This document shows positions 27,043 to 41,164 of a stretch of 64,000 nucleotides of DNA, piece by piece. This stretch comes from Camelus ferus (Eukaryota), in assembly GCF_009834535.1 (NCBI RefSeq), contig NC_045697.1, positions 74,588,001 to 74,652,000 of the forward strand. The letters run 5' to 3'. The notes under the pieces were generated by a model, which was given only the letters and a program-made list of their open reading frames with translations, did not search any database and was not told where the DNA came from. The translations under genes and the position numbers were made by a program. How positions within the stretch are numbered: the stretch's first letter is position 1; each line of letters opens with the position of its first letter.

Positions 27043-28959
27043 GCTATTTCATTTTCTTCTACTGTTTTCCATGAATAAAATCCTTTACCTTCATGGAAGA
27101 TATGAGAGAAGGCAAACCTTATATATAAGTCAAAGACATTCAAGACTATAAATTTCCAAATTATTTTCTGAATTCTCTCTCATATGTTATAAATTTTGCA
27201 GTACTTTGAATATGTAGTAAAATAAAAGAAATAAAAAGTTCCATTGCGAAATTGAATCAGCTGCTTGCCTTTTACTGAATCAAATATTCAACAATGCTTT
27301 CTTTTCTTTCATTGTTAAAAAGAGTAAATTCTCTAAACACTATGTATATGCCTTCTGATAGAAAAATGGGCAAAGAATTATCTGAAGACAATTAGAAGAA
27401 AAAGTATAATTGGTTAATAAACATAAGAAAAATACTTAATCTTATTAGGAATGAAACAAATACATATGTAAATGAGATTTTAAAAACTTATGAAGTCAGC
27501 AAAAGAAGTTTAATTATAATGCCCAGTGTTGCTGAGGATATATGGGAACTATGCATTTTCATTTACTGTTGCTGGATGTTTAACTGGTTTAAAATTCTTT
27601 TTCTGGAATATCACCAGCAATATATCAAATGTCTACATATATTAAAGGTCACATAATTGCTTTTCCTTCCACCTTATTGTAAAATCACTTCAACTTATTT
27701 AAGAGCAGGTATATAGGTGGTTGCATGAGTATATGTAAACATAGGCAGTAGGGAAATAGAAGAAAATTATAAAAATACTCGAAAATCATGACTGCAGACT
27801 AAGATGATATATATTAATATATACATTCCAATGAATAAGAGGGAAAAGCACAACACTTACACTACTGATAAAGTCCACTTGCATAAAGTAATCTGCTGAA
27901 TTTCCTCAACTCTAAAGTGGGGATAGAAATACCTCAGAGATTTGTTCAGGAACAAATAAAATATTGTACCTGAGTACTGAAAACTATAAATCATTGTAAT
28001 GTTATTTTTAAATTGCTAAAACTATAAAAAGCAGTGGTATTATTAACAAGATGAAACTTTATAGACTAGCATTTATATTGGACTTTCAGAAGCTATTCCA
28101 ACTTAAACTATAAAAATGTATTTTAAAGTTTTTATGTATATTAAACTCATATTTAATCCATACTTAAAGCATACCTGAAGATAATTCAATGTTTTACTTA
28201 TTTTATGACAACAGTATATGCAAGCAGTTAACATTACATAAACAAAATTTAATTCATTTAGTAAAATTCCAGACTAGTATATATATTCATAAACAAGAAT
28301 AATAATTCTTGCTTATTCACAGTGTACATGCAACTAACTTACACCAGTCATTGATAAATTAACATGATGATTAAAGTTTAACAAAGAAATAGATTTAAAA
28401 ATCCAGTGTTGATCAGTCTTTTCCTAAAATACACTCAGTTTAAAAAAAATCCATTTTATTTTATTCATCAGTTACATATCTTCATATATATATATGTATA
28501 TATAATATATAATATATATATAATATATATATATATGTATTTCCAATTAATAAGCTGTGGTAGAATTATCAAGCAGAGTCTTAGTTATTTCAAGAAACGT
28601 AGAGGAGAAAGACTCTAGCACTAGGTGAAATAGTTCTTTAGGCAAGTTTCAGGATCAAAATAGTATTAAAACTAAGAGGTAAAGGTCAAAGTGAAATCTT
28701 AAACTGAAATTACTAGGGTAAAGCTGCCAGAAAGATTCCTTCTTTGGAGAGTCAGCCTCTCTCTCCCTTACTCCCCTTACTATTTGTAGGGACTCTAAAT
28801 GTAAAGTGATAGTAATAAAGCTAACATAGCTGAGAGGCAAGAGAAGAATACCAAAACATCTCTTTTTTTGTACAAACTATTTAGATAGAGAAGACTTCAG
28901 AAAATTTTCATGTAGTTTTCAAAGTTGAAACACAACTTTAATTACTAAATAGTAAATGT

Positions 28960-29190
28960 GTAATAATAATTGTTACCATTTTTGAGTGCTTATTATGTAT
29001 CAGACACTGAACTAGGTGCTTTACTTAACAATCTGCAAGATAGGAATTATTACAATTATGCTCACTTTTACAAACAGGGAACTAGACAGGTTACGTTAAT
29101 TATTCAATATTATAAAACAAAAAAGAAACAGGGTTTAAACCTGAAACTAAATTCATCTAACAGTAAAGCTCATGCTTTTTCTACTACAGT
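28960..29190 (-). mobile_element. MIR SINE
   Basis: taccatttttgagtgcttattatgtatcagacactg...cactttacaaacagggaact...gctcatgctttt. Confidence 0.7.
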
Positions 29191-30374
29191 GGTCTGCTTC
29201 TGGGAATAACTAAGACAGACACACATAAATTAAAGTGTAATTTTCTTCTCATAGCTGTTTCAAGCTTCCATTCAAGTTGCAGAGTGGTTTACGTTTCAAT
29301 TTACAAAACCCATTTTTTATGTTATAGAATCTGACATCAAATACATAGTATATAAACATGAGTTGTGACTATCTTAAATTTAATGAATATGCTTTTATAA
29401 GGCATATATATACGTAATTTTTTGTATCTACTTTCTATTCTAACTCTTAAATCTGAACAAGGAAGACTTCAAATAAAAAATATTAGAATGGAAAGGGGGA
29501 CAAAATTTGAGCTAAGATGCAAAAAGGGTACAAATATTTTGTATAAAAATTATATAAATATAAAAAATTAGATAATATATATACTTTAAAAAAGGATTTT
29601 GATAAAATCAGCATAGTAATTAAACAGATAATTTTAACAAGTGAACTTATAAAAATTGATTTAAGAAGAATGGATATTTGCACTGCTTATTTATTTTTTG
29701 CTTATTATCTGTATATCCGCCACTAAATGCAAATTCTATGAGAATAAATACTTGTTTTTTCAGTGCTTATCCCCAGCAACTAGAATGGTATCTGTTTTAC
29801 AGTATGTATTCAGACACACTGTTGAAAAAATAATGCAGTAGTTTTTTTACATTATTCATTTTTTTCTTTATGGTTGAAGTATATCAGAAAGAATGAAATA
29901 AATTCTAAAGAATAGTGAGCTAAAATTTGAATATTCTTCAGATAGCAACATTTCATGTAAATAATGTATATTTTTCTCTTCCATTTCTTAGTATTGTTGT
30001 TAATGGAGATATTATATCTGACTTATGAGCACACAAAAAAGTTTGTTTTACATCACAAAGTTTTAGCAAATTGACCCAGAACTCTGAGACTTACCATATC
30101 TAGGAATTCACAAAGGGACTTGAGGTTTAGTGACATTCAAACTATTAAACTTTTTAAACAAAAATCTCATTTCAGAAAAGGGTATAAGGAAAAGGATTTT
30201 AAAATACTCAAATTAAACAGCAACGTTTCTTAGTAAAATTTTACTTTATCACAAGATGAAAGTCTCATGTTACCTGAATTGTCAATATTCTTTTCTGACC
30301 TTTTAAAATCAACTATCTCTCAGTCTTTTTTTTTCACTCAAGCATTAACATGTAGTGGACAAATGGAACAGAAT

Positions 30375-31090
30375 ATGAGTGACATCAGTGAGAATGGTGG
30401 TGTAAGGATCTCAGAAAAGCTGCTCCTCCAAAAACATAATGAGAGCAGAGATGATCAAAATAAACCTTTTAGAACTCTAGAAATTAAACAAAGGCCTGCA
30501 GCAATCTATGGAGTACATAGTCAAGAGAAACACCTGAATTTCATTAAGAATATGAGCTTCATGGGGCTTTAATTTACCTTACTCTCATTTCCCTCTCCTC
30601 AGGTACACAGTCACCTTGAAAACCAACAGTATCACAAACCAGAAATCTGTCAATCACTGGATGAATAGAGTAGTTTCAGAGTTTCCAAAAAGTATTATTT
30701 TAAGGAATTGTGATTATTTGACGTGTCTTTCAGTTCTCTGGAAACATCTCCTCACAGTATTTGCTTTTATTTGACCTGACTCAGAGCTTACTCAGTACAA
30801 AAAGACTTTACTCTGGAGGTTTCTGTCAAAAAAAGTCAGCAGCAATTGTTTAATATTGCAGCTGCCTGAGGTGGCCATAATAGCTTGGGCAAACAAGAAG
30901 CAGACAATAAAAATAAAAAAATTAAAATTAAAAGCTGGGGAATGCAATGTCCATAGAGGGGCTCTGAAAGTTCCAACATGATCCTGGGAATCTAGAAGTC
31001 TGTCCGTGTGTTCGTAAGATGTTTGCAACCTAGGAAAGACCCAAGGAGGCCTTAAGCTCTCACCTTTGGGTGATCCCAAGACCTCAAATA
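30375..31090 (+). mobile_element. Old L1M 5' region fragment
   Basis: tttagaactctagaaattaaacaaaggcctgcagcaatct, aaaagctggggaatgcaatgtccatagagggggctctgaaag. Confidence 0.6.
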
Positions 31091-31224
31091 GTTGCATAAT
31101 TACAAAAATACATAAATATTAGAAAACAGCTATGTTAAAAGGACGTAAGTGATAATAGTATTATGAACAGTAATGACACTAAAGTATACTAGTTTTAATA
31201 TCCATCTTTTTTTAGAGTTTGTCA

Positions 31225-31437
<213 letters not shown>

Positions 31438-34129
31438 TTAAAAAAGCGAAGATAGAATCTTGATTGCTCAGTTTACGTAAAAACCACAATCTTTCCTAAA
31501 TGCATATATACAAATATGGCTAAGATGATAACTAATTAGCAGAGATGTCAGTAAAAAAAAATATAGAAATTAATCAGCATATTTATGGCTGAAATGGTAG
31601 AAGGTATTTTATATTATTATGTAGATACATATACACATATATTTACTATGTAAATATATGCATATATTTTATAGGTGGTCTTATTGGTATTATAATCTAC
31701 ATATATATGCAATATATATGTATATTTCAGAGTATCATTATTTAAACATTATGGAATATAACATTTCTTCTTATTTAAGAATCTGCTTCACTAACTTTGA
31801 TGATATTTTTTCTTTTTCAAAGTAAAACAAAGGCTGGGTAGAGAGGTCAGGCTGGAATTTGGGAGTGGGCAGGCAAAAGATTCAGGTGTTGATTCACCAT
31901 GACTTTAAGTAAAGTGTACTAAAAGTTTCATTTTCATCTATTTTAGAAGATACAAAATCATCAGGCAAAATTTATTGAAATATCAATTTAGCATTTCTCA
32001 CTTTTTTTTAAAATTTCTTGATTCAAGTGCACACAAGTTTAAGCGAAGCTTCATATAGAGAGAAATTGCACTAGATTAAAATTATAAAAATATTTTCACA
32101 GAAGATTTCCTTTTCTTTCTCAGATTTGAAAGTGATTTAAGCATTTTGGTACAGAGATAATGTACACAGGAAAGTTACTACAAAGTCAAATTATTGTTTG
32201 TGTGTTTGATAGGACTGTAGCTTTTTAGAAGATCAATAGTCCTGATGAAGAATAAGCTGTTCCTGTATGGGGAAAGTGGAGTGATCACGGAAAGGCAGTA
32301 GAAATTCACGAAGTTGACTAGGATGAAGGAGTTTAGCATGGACTAGCTTTCCCCATTCTATAGCTCTAATACTAGTAAATGGTAGATATCCTCACTTCCT
32401 TCACAAAAGTCCAAATGTGGCAGCTCAGATAAACAATGGAGAAAAACATAATACATATTTTAAATTACAAAGGGATGAGTTCCTTATTTCACATTATGAA
32501 ATGAAAAGCTTATATATAAGAGGAAAAGAAACAGGAATTTAAGTCAGTTTTGTGAATGGTGCATGAGTCATGCAATTAGAGTTGTCTGCTTTTGTAAGGT
32601 GGAAAACTTTTGGATGAGCACAGGGAAATAGACACTTTTTGAGCATCTATTAGGTGACAGGCATTGTCTACTTTCACTTAGCCCATTTAATTCTTACAAT
32701 GATTCTTGTAGACAGGTATTGCAATCTCCCTTATCTCTGTTGAAGACCAAAGAAACTAAGACATAAGAAAGCTAAGTGATTTAATGTGTTAAATGTGTTA
32801 TGAGTAGAATGTCTTAAGTTACCAAATGGTTTAAAGGCATTTTTCATTACCCAATTCATTAAGATTTGGGAAAATAATAGCCAACAGATCTAGAAAGACC
32901 AGTTACTAAATCAAACATTCCTTTATCTGCTATTAGTGATGTTTGCCAACTTTATAGTTGGTTACTCCCATGGCTCCCCAAAGAGGTCAGATTTCATCAC
33001 CTCCATATTGTATTTCTAACATAAAATCTATAAAATAGAGTTAGACATGTTTTGAGGCATGGATCTATTTATTTGAGAAATGGTCAGTATGGTTAAATGT
33101 ATTTTTAAAAAGCTCTGTAATATTATCAACATGATATTCCACAGAGAAGAACACAGAAACCAACTAGAAGAAGAATAAAAGTTTAAGATATGTTCCTCTG
33201 CTCCACAAAAGAAGGAAGAGATATGTTCAATTCATTTTAGAAAATTCCCAATTAATATGGTTAAAATAAAAATTTGCAGCTAAAGAGAGAAAACTCTGTC
33301 ATCTTAAAAAAGTTTATTCACTTAGCACTGTTTAATCTCCAAAGCAGAAGAATTTTGGACCGTAGATTTTACATCTGCAGTGCTCAAATCAGTCTGACAT
33401 ATCTGTCACCCATAAAAGGCTTGAAGTCAAGTCAGTGATCCAGATCAGAGGTTGTAGTTAAGTCCTTAGATCACTGACCATGGAAAAGTCATTTGTATCT
33501 GCTTCCAAAACACCCTACCAATACCATAAAAGGTTTACAGTGAATCTTGAGAATTTACTGGTATCCACTCCGATTCAAGCCTGATTACTAGTACTGGCAG
33601 ATATCCCATTCTCCATTCTCTTGACCCTTGTCACTTCATCTCAAAATCCTTCCAAAGTACTTTATCGTAATAAAAATATTATGTAAAAATGCTTTGTAAA
33701 CCATACATTAAAATATGCAATTATTCATTCAAAATATTCTCTCATCCTAGGGCACTACTATTTTCTATCTTGAATTTTCATTTTGATATAATACATTGTG
33801 AAAAAGCAATATACCATGGATTATGTTTTCCCAGGATGATTCCAAACTCCATGAGGTACTCTGTGACTCAGAGAAACCATTTATCTAAATCTCGGTTTCT
33901 TTATTCTCATCCATTACTACTATATTTCTCAGAAATACTGAATTATTTTCAAAATGATAAAATACAACTGATGTGTCATTTGGGTGAGGGGAGGTGGAAA
34001 AATCACCTCTTCTTAAGCCCTCTTTTCTCTTGTTTTAATGAATATGAATTACTTCCTAGATCAAACGAACATCACCCAATTCCCTTTGGTTCCTTCCTAT
34101 ATTTGATCTCTCATTTGGAGTCTAAGATA

Positions 34130-35070
34130 CTATTTTTTCTCTCTTGATTAGCTGCATCATTTTGGTAGAACATATTTTCCAGTAGTTTCTAAGAAAGGAT
34201 GCACAGAACGCAAATTATTTTGGAATTGTCCATGTCTTTTAATATACTTATTCTGCCCTTGACTGACAGTTGGGTTAGGCATAACATTCTAGGATTTCTT
34301 CTTTTTTTCCTCTTAAGAGTTATGTAAGGCAGGGCTCCATCATCTTTCTGCTGAGAATTTTGATGCAATTTTGATTTGAGATCATTTGAATGTGATTTTC
34401 CACCTTTCTGTAAACTTTTAGGATCCCCAGTGTTCTGAAATTTCATAATGATATATTTAAGTGTGTATCACTCACTTGTGTTAGGCATTTGATGGTCTTT
34501 TTGTAATCTTTCACTTACAGAAAAAGCTCTTGTTTGATGTCTGTAATAACTTCTTTCTGTTTTTCTTCTTCTCTCTTCTTTCGGTAGAAGAGTCTTGAAC
34601 ATCCTGAGTAGATTTTCTAATAATTTTGCCTTTTCTTCTTATTTTCCATCTTTATTTGTATTCTACTCTCTGAGAGATTTCCCAAACCATATCATTCAAC
34701 TCTTTTATTATAAAGATCCTTGCATTTCTACATCATTTTTAATTTCCAGTAAATTAAATTTTGTTGTTACTTTAAAAAAATTCTGATTTTTCATAGTTAC
34801 CATATTTTCTCATAATTGTCTTTCTGAGGATATCCCTTTATTCAGTTGGTACCAGTCTGTGTTTTTTAGTTGGAGGATTCCCTTAGAGATTTGGTAATTT
34901 ATGACTATACATATTTAAAAGAATAGCACTAAAAATCTGATTGGAAGTTTTCTATATGTGGCAGGGCTTGGTAACTGGTGGATTCACTATAGGTAACTCG
35001 GGGATACAGTCATTTGTTAGAGGACCTATGTAAGTAAGATATTTCTCCCTTCTGGGGACATTCCATCTCT
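34130..35070 (-). mobile_element. Old L1M ORF1/5' remnant
   Basis: T-rich text with ttccagtagtttctaagaaagg and tgttctgaaatttcataatgat, typical of antisense L1ME ORF1. Confidence 0.6.
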
Positions 35071-35257
35071 CCAGAGACTAATTCTTTAATCTGTCTAAAC
35101 TAATCCTTGCCAGCATTCTAGGACTGACTATGGAGGGGCCTGGGGCTTGTGACTATATACATTTCCTCACTCCGGCTCTTTGCTATGCTGCTAACTCTGA
35201 GATTCAAGACTCTACAATTCCACTACTCCAAAGAATACTCCTCCAAATGTATTGCTC

Positions 35258-36726
35258 CTATGGTCATGTTTTGTAAAATTTGCAGAAGTATAAATATTTA
35301 AACTATAATCAGTGAAAACTGTTGTCTTTATTTACACCAATTTCTCCTCCATTACTCTTCCTTTTGTGCTGGGCAACACAGAGGCTCTGGATACTTTGAC
35401 ACAACTAAGCAAGCTGAATTAGAGATACACAGTGTGGTTTACTGGGGTATATTTCACTGATCTGAAGTCACTTTTGGGTAATTTCTCCTTGACTAGACTC
35501 TAGCCAGGCTTCTCTAAGCCTTTTCTCAACTATACTTCAACTTGGCCTATAGAGACTTGAGCAAAACTCTAACATAGTTTATAGCAATTCAAGGCCACAT
35601 CCCTAGGATGACCTTAACACTCTATAAGTGCCTGCCTGAGAAATATCAAGGCTGCCAAAAGAACCTACCATTTGACAGTCAATACTTGAAGATAGGGTCC
35701 CTGTCTTCCAGCCTCTATGGGAAGGTGGGAGTCTAAATTTGATAAGTGTCAATTAGCAAACCCAGATTGGTATCACATGGACCAATGCCCCTCGTCACAG
35801 TTTTTGTAATTTTTTCACTTCCCTGAATCTTCTAGTCCCCTCCTTCCTTATTCCCTCATTCCCTCTTTAAAATGCCCTGTCACCTCTGTACAAATTGACA
35901 ATGAGTTTAATTTATGCTGGACTCTTACTACACCAGTATGTTACTGATTAAAACCTGTCCTTACCACTTTAATTGGTATCCGGCATTTTTTATCTTTGAC
36001 AGTATGGCAAAGTTATTTCTAGCTCTAGGAATGACTTCTTGGAATACTCCCACCACCCTCTATACAGGAGCAGAGGTTGTATGTGCTATAAATATGTTCC
36101 AGCACCCGAAGTTTATGGGTAGGAGAAACATAACAGACATGTACAAAGCCAAAAATCAGACTTTAAAATTCTTTGAAACATTAAACATGCAAAATTATAA
36201 GCAGAAAATCTGATTCTCATTGATGCTGATCAAAAGAGAAACACTCTCCTTCTAGGAATATACTTGATAATGCTACATATACAATTACAAGTGCACCATT
36301 AACATTTTTCGTTTTTTTGATAGGAATTTCACAAAATAGCATTTTGTTTACAAGAATAAACAGTACAATAAACAAAAGCTACACCTGTGTTGTCATATGT
36401 TTTATGTATTCCTACTATCAAAAATAAAAAAACAAATCTCAACAAACCCTTCCAGTGAAAAGACTTATTATCTATTTTCTCTATAGAAAATACTGCACAA
36501 CTGTTGTTATATGAAGAGATGATCAATGAGAAAGAAGCAAAAAATGAGGAATAGACATTTAATGAATAAAAACATTATGTTTTTTAATTTTGTAATTTGT
36601 TGTGATCTCTTTGCTCTAATGGTCTTTTAATAGCCTAATTTTAGATTGTAATTTATAACCTATTCTTAAAGAAGGGCATCTCCTGACACTGCATAAGCTT
36701 CATGTCACAAAATCTAGATCTGCCCT
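35258..36726 (+). mobile_element. Arthur1-like hAT-Tip100 DNA transposon remnant, interrupted by an LTR
   Basis: atggtcatgttttgtaaaatttgcagaagta at the start; ...ataagcttca...acaaaatctagatctgccc at the end; element resumes after 36001. Confidence 0.6.
35480..36001 (+). mobile_element. MER67-like ERV1 solo LTR
   Basis: ctccttgactagactctagccaggcttctct...tgcctgcctgagaaa...attaaaa...ttatctttgaCA terminus. Confidence 0.7.
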
Positions 36727-37279
36727 TATCTTCCAGTCTTCTGCAGACCAGTAGACTCTTGGCTAAGAGGGTGGTTGCAAAGATTTGCAAAGGCAGGAGA
36801 AATGAAACTATTCCTTATGCAAAAACACATTCAATTGCTTCTTTTCTGATTTTCTGCCTCATTTTTCATTCACCTTCAACTCTGGAGACCTTTTGGTCTG
36901 CATCAAGAATCGGCTTGCTTCTTTTTGGTATCCTCCTTTGCAGGAAAGTTTCAGTATTCTTTGCTTTATTAAGTGATGTAACTGCTTTCTATTTTCCAAA
37001 TACTTGTTGACATTTCTTGTCTACTAGTGCACTTATATTCTCTTTCTTCTTCGAATTATACTTTTTTCATTCCCTTACTGTCACTTTTGTGATGTTTCAG
37101 AAGGAAGCAGAGATAAACATGTGTACAATTTGTTATTCTGAATTACAAAGGTTTCCAAATTTTAAAGGCTCTAGTTCAAAAGGGGTGGGAATGAAGTTAG
37201 GAGATGGGCATGGCGAGCATGGAGTCTCACTCCCTTGGTCTGGTCCCTGGCCTGCAAAATAGCAGTTAAGATACTTGCT

Positions 37280-37500
37280 CAGAAGGCAGTATAGTAACAA
37301 CGGCACACAGGAAAGATTAACCCAGGAGGCAGCATTATCTAGTTTTGATTCAGTTCAATTACTTACAAGTTGTACGGCTTTGGCCAACTCATTTTTCTGC
37401 ATCTCTTTTCTCAGTTATAAAACAGGAATGATACTTTCTGGGACTGTTATGAGGTATAAATAAGATTATTCTAGCATATAGTAGGAACTCAAGTATTTAA
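37280..37500 (+). mobile_element. MIR SINE
   Basis: aaggcagtatagt...ttacttacaagttgt...cttttctcagttataaaacaggaatgata...atagtaggaactcaa. Confidence 0.65.
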
Positions 37501-37724
37501 TAGGCAAACTTTTAGATATACAGAAAACATGAAAAATTTTAGCACTTCGACTAAAATTTTAAAAAGTATAAGCCTTGGATCCCATTTAGTCTGCTTCTTG
37601 TTTTAAATTCAGTTAAAAAATAGGCTAGTTTTCTATTTTACACTTGACAGATTTCTCTTTAAAAAGAGAATGTTTTCAAAAAATTATTCTTTTCTACTTT
37701 TCAAAATCCAAAGACTTAGAATAT

Positions 37725-38056
37725 TATTCAGTGATAAAAAGAAATGAGCTATCAAGCCACGAGCAGAAAAAGTCTGAAAGGCTACACAGTCTATGATTCC
37801 AACCATATGTTATTCTGGAAAAGGCAAAACTTTGTAAGGACAAAAAAAAGATCACTAGTCGCCAAGGGTTTCGGGGGATGGGGGGAGTAGGAGAGGATGG
37901 ATGAGCAGCTGAAGCACAGTGAATATTTAGAGTGGTGAAACTGTTCTGTATAATACTGCAATGGTGAATACATGACACTGTGCATTTGTCAAAAACCTAG
38001 AGAACTCTGCAACACAACTAAACTATGGACCTCAGTTAATAACAATGTATCAATAT
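37725..38056 (+). mobile_element. L1MC-type 3' end
   Basis: tattattcagtgataaaaagaaatgagctatcaagcca...attctggaaaaggcaaaact...aactatggacctcagttaataacaatgtatcaatat. Confidence 0.8.
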
Positions 38057-41000
38057 AGTAAAATCAGTAAAAATGGCATAGTAGTTATCTCCAAGGATAC
38101 TTTTTTAAAATTAAGAGTGTTTTTGAAAAGGAACTGCTGAAAGAAAGTCACAAATCTGTAATCAAGTCATAATCTGTTTATTATAGTTGATTTATCACTT
38201 GACAAAGGAAACAAATTATGACTTTGTTCAAATGCAAAATAAACTCCATTGTCAAAGAATACTCTCACTAAAAAGAATAATCCCCAGGACATTTACTGGG
38301 CACTCTGGATTTGTAAGAATTAAAGTATTAATAATTTTATCCTAATTATGTAATCACAGGACAAGAGGGGTCACTGAAGCCATTCTAGAATATCTTGGTT
38401 TATGCAAGACATTTAACATATTGGACAGAAACGCTTTCTTCCCCACTCTAAAATCCTCATCTGTACTTAATAATAGTATGATTATTGTTCCATACCACCC
38501 TTTGTTTGAGAGAATAAACTCATGGTTGTCTTTGTGAGGCAGGTACGGAATAAGTAGACAGTAGAACTCCTATGGATGGGAAATAAATGATTTTGTATAT
38601 CCAAACCACAATTACAAAACATGGCTTGCTTAAATAAAGGAAGATAAATTGTAGAAATAACATTTTATATTTAAAATGAGTTAAAACTTTTTAAAAATCA
38701 AGTTTTTATTTGTTGTTTACTGAGAAAGGACTAACACATGCATAAAGCAATGGCTAGTATGTTACCTAAGGGTTTTATCTAATAGCAAGTAATGTCATTA
38801 TTATAATTTAAATGAGCCTCCTAGGATGTCAGAATTGAACTTTTGAAGCTACTAGATTGAACCATTTGAAACTGCTGATATGGAACTGCTTCTTAAACAT
38901 GTAACATGTTCCCTTGCTTAGTAAAAAGTACTGGATTTGAATTCTAAATGCCAGTTACTAACTACAATCTATAACCTCAATGTGTTTCAATTAGTTCAAG
39001 AGCAAAATGGAGATAATAAGAAAGCTACTTAATATAGTTGCAATGATTACACAAGATTAAAAATCTTAAAAAGATTTTAAACTCTAAAAGTGATTCTAAG
39101 TTTTGATAACTAAAGATTATCCACATTGCCAAAATTTTCTATTCACAATCTAACTTTTGAAATGAAGCTTACTATATATATGAGAATTAACAATGTATAC
39201 ACTTAAGTTTAGGTCTCAATATTTCCCCATGCCAATGTGTCCATAAAGGCTTCCCTACTGTTTATTTAATTAAACTGAACTAAATGAGTTATTACTATAT
39301 TCAAGTTATGGTATTACGTGCTGAGGGATCACAAAGATGAGTATTTGTCAAAGCCTGGTCAGGTCAGAGTGAGAGTTCCCACTGAGCACCTTGGGTATTA
39401 AGTTAAGGACCTAGACATGCCACATTGTTTAGCTAAATAAAAAAATTAAAAGAGACCCACCTTAACAAAGAATAAAACCAATTTGATATGAACAAAAGGG
39501 CCCACCAGTTATTTAACTGTCTAGCAGAACAAAACTCAACATTCTTTAAAGAAAGATGATAAAATTGACTCCTTACAATATACTTTTATTAATATCCACT
39601 ATATAATAAATAATTAGATATGCAAAGCAGAAAAATGTGACTTAAAATCAAGAGAAGCATAGAAATATACCTACAAGATGATCCAGAATAGGACTTAGCA
39701 AATAAGGACTTTAAATTAATTACTATAGATATGTTCAAGGACTTGACGGAAAATATAGTCAAAGTGAATGGACAGGGAAATGCAACCAATATAGAAGAGC
39801 CAAATTGAAATACTAGCACAGAAAAGTGCATTATTCCTTCCTCAGACTTGGTGTGTCCTGCTATAAATTCCTATTGCTGTCTATAGAACTTAACACCATT
39901 ATAACTATTTACTTAATAAAGGGGTCACAAATTAGTAGCCAACTGGCTACAATCAGTTATACTTGGCTTAAGTGTTACAGTTTTTAAAAATTTGAGCCAC
40001 TGTTTACAATTGGGAGATTACATAAAAATATTATGGTAATCCTATTTCATTTATATTTATCTCTCAATGAAAGCAAGTAACTGTTAATTGAACCTCATGC
40101 CTCATCCAAAAAACAACAACAACAAAAAAAGCTAGATCACTTCTCACTGCCCTTCTTTCCCACTATGGGGAATGTCAAAAGTATCTTAAAAATCTATGAA
40201 ATTTCATAAATTGAGTCGAATTTCCTCCTCACTCTCTTATTCTCATTAATTTCCAATTCCATCTTGAGGATAAACAGGAAAATAATAAGACAGATTTAAG
40301 AGTTTACATATTTTATACTTTGCTCTATTTCTTAATTTTTAATAACTTAACTCATTTTCTTTCAGTTCCAACATATCTGTATATTATTTGAAAAAAATGG
40401 CCTGGATTTCTAATTATAGATTGTAGGGAACCTGGCACATAACTGTGTTGTTCAAAAAGTGTACTGTTTTTATTAAGTATTCCATGCTATGCTAAATAAT
40501 GATAAAGACTGCATTACAAAAGTGCTTTAAGTCAGAATAAATAAGTACATTTTTTCCTAGCTACTTAAGATATTAATACAATACTTTTGAGGAACCCTTG
40601 AAGTGCTACACAATAGTGAGATACTACTAGTATTTTTCATTATGTGCTTAAAATGAATCCCATTGTGAAGTATGTGGGTAACACTGAAATGAAATCTCAA
40701 AATTTTATTTAAAATTTTTCACTTCAACTTAGCTTCCATAATCAAACACACATCATACAACTAAGATGTTTCAGCCAAACGCTAATTTCTTCCTTCAAAT
40801 AAGATTTCAAAGTTTTCATATGCTCAAGTCCCTTCAACAGACTCTCTATTTCGCTGTATTTATATGTACATATTTCTTTCTTTTAGTGGTAAAGTAACTA
40901 TTTTAACCTCTGAGAATATATTAAGTGTTCTTCCATACATATTTCCCAATTTCTTTCTATAGGTCCTTAAAAAAACTTCTTCTAAAGATTCCTATCTTTG

Positions 41001-41164
41001 AAGATGCTCAGAGGTACAAAGATACACACTCTAAGAACTTATTTCAACCATAATGACATACACACGTTGAATTAATTTTCAACTGTACAAAGGAAATACA
41101 CCAATAAAATAAAAAAAAACATTTAAACATCTCAGCTACAAATCCATTCTGAAATTATTAACGA

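Noticed and set aside
27013..27047. T25 flanked by the inverted pentamer atagc/gctat
   Set aside because: A 5-bp stem is not significant; no element body or clear TSD
33431..33478. Perfect 10-bp inverted repeat gtcagtgatc/gatcactgac (snoRNA- or miRNA-like)
   Set aside because: Too short for either class, no proper box C, and one or two such stems are expected by chance in 64 kb
33689..34147. Longest ORF in the track (152 aa)
   Set aside because: AT-driven composition with no recognisable domain; consistent with a chance ORF
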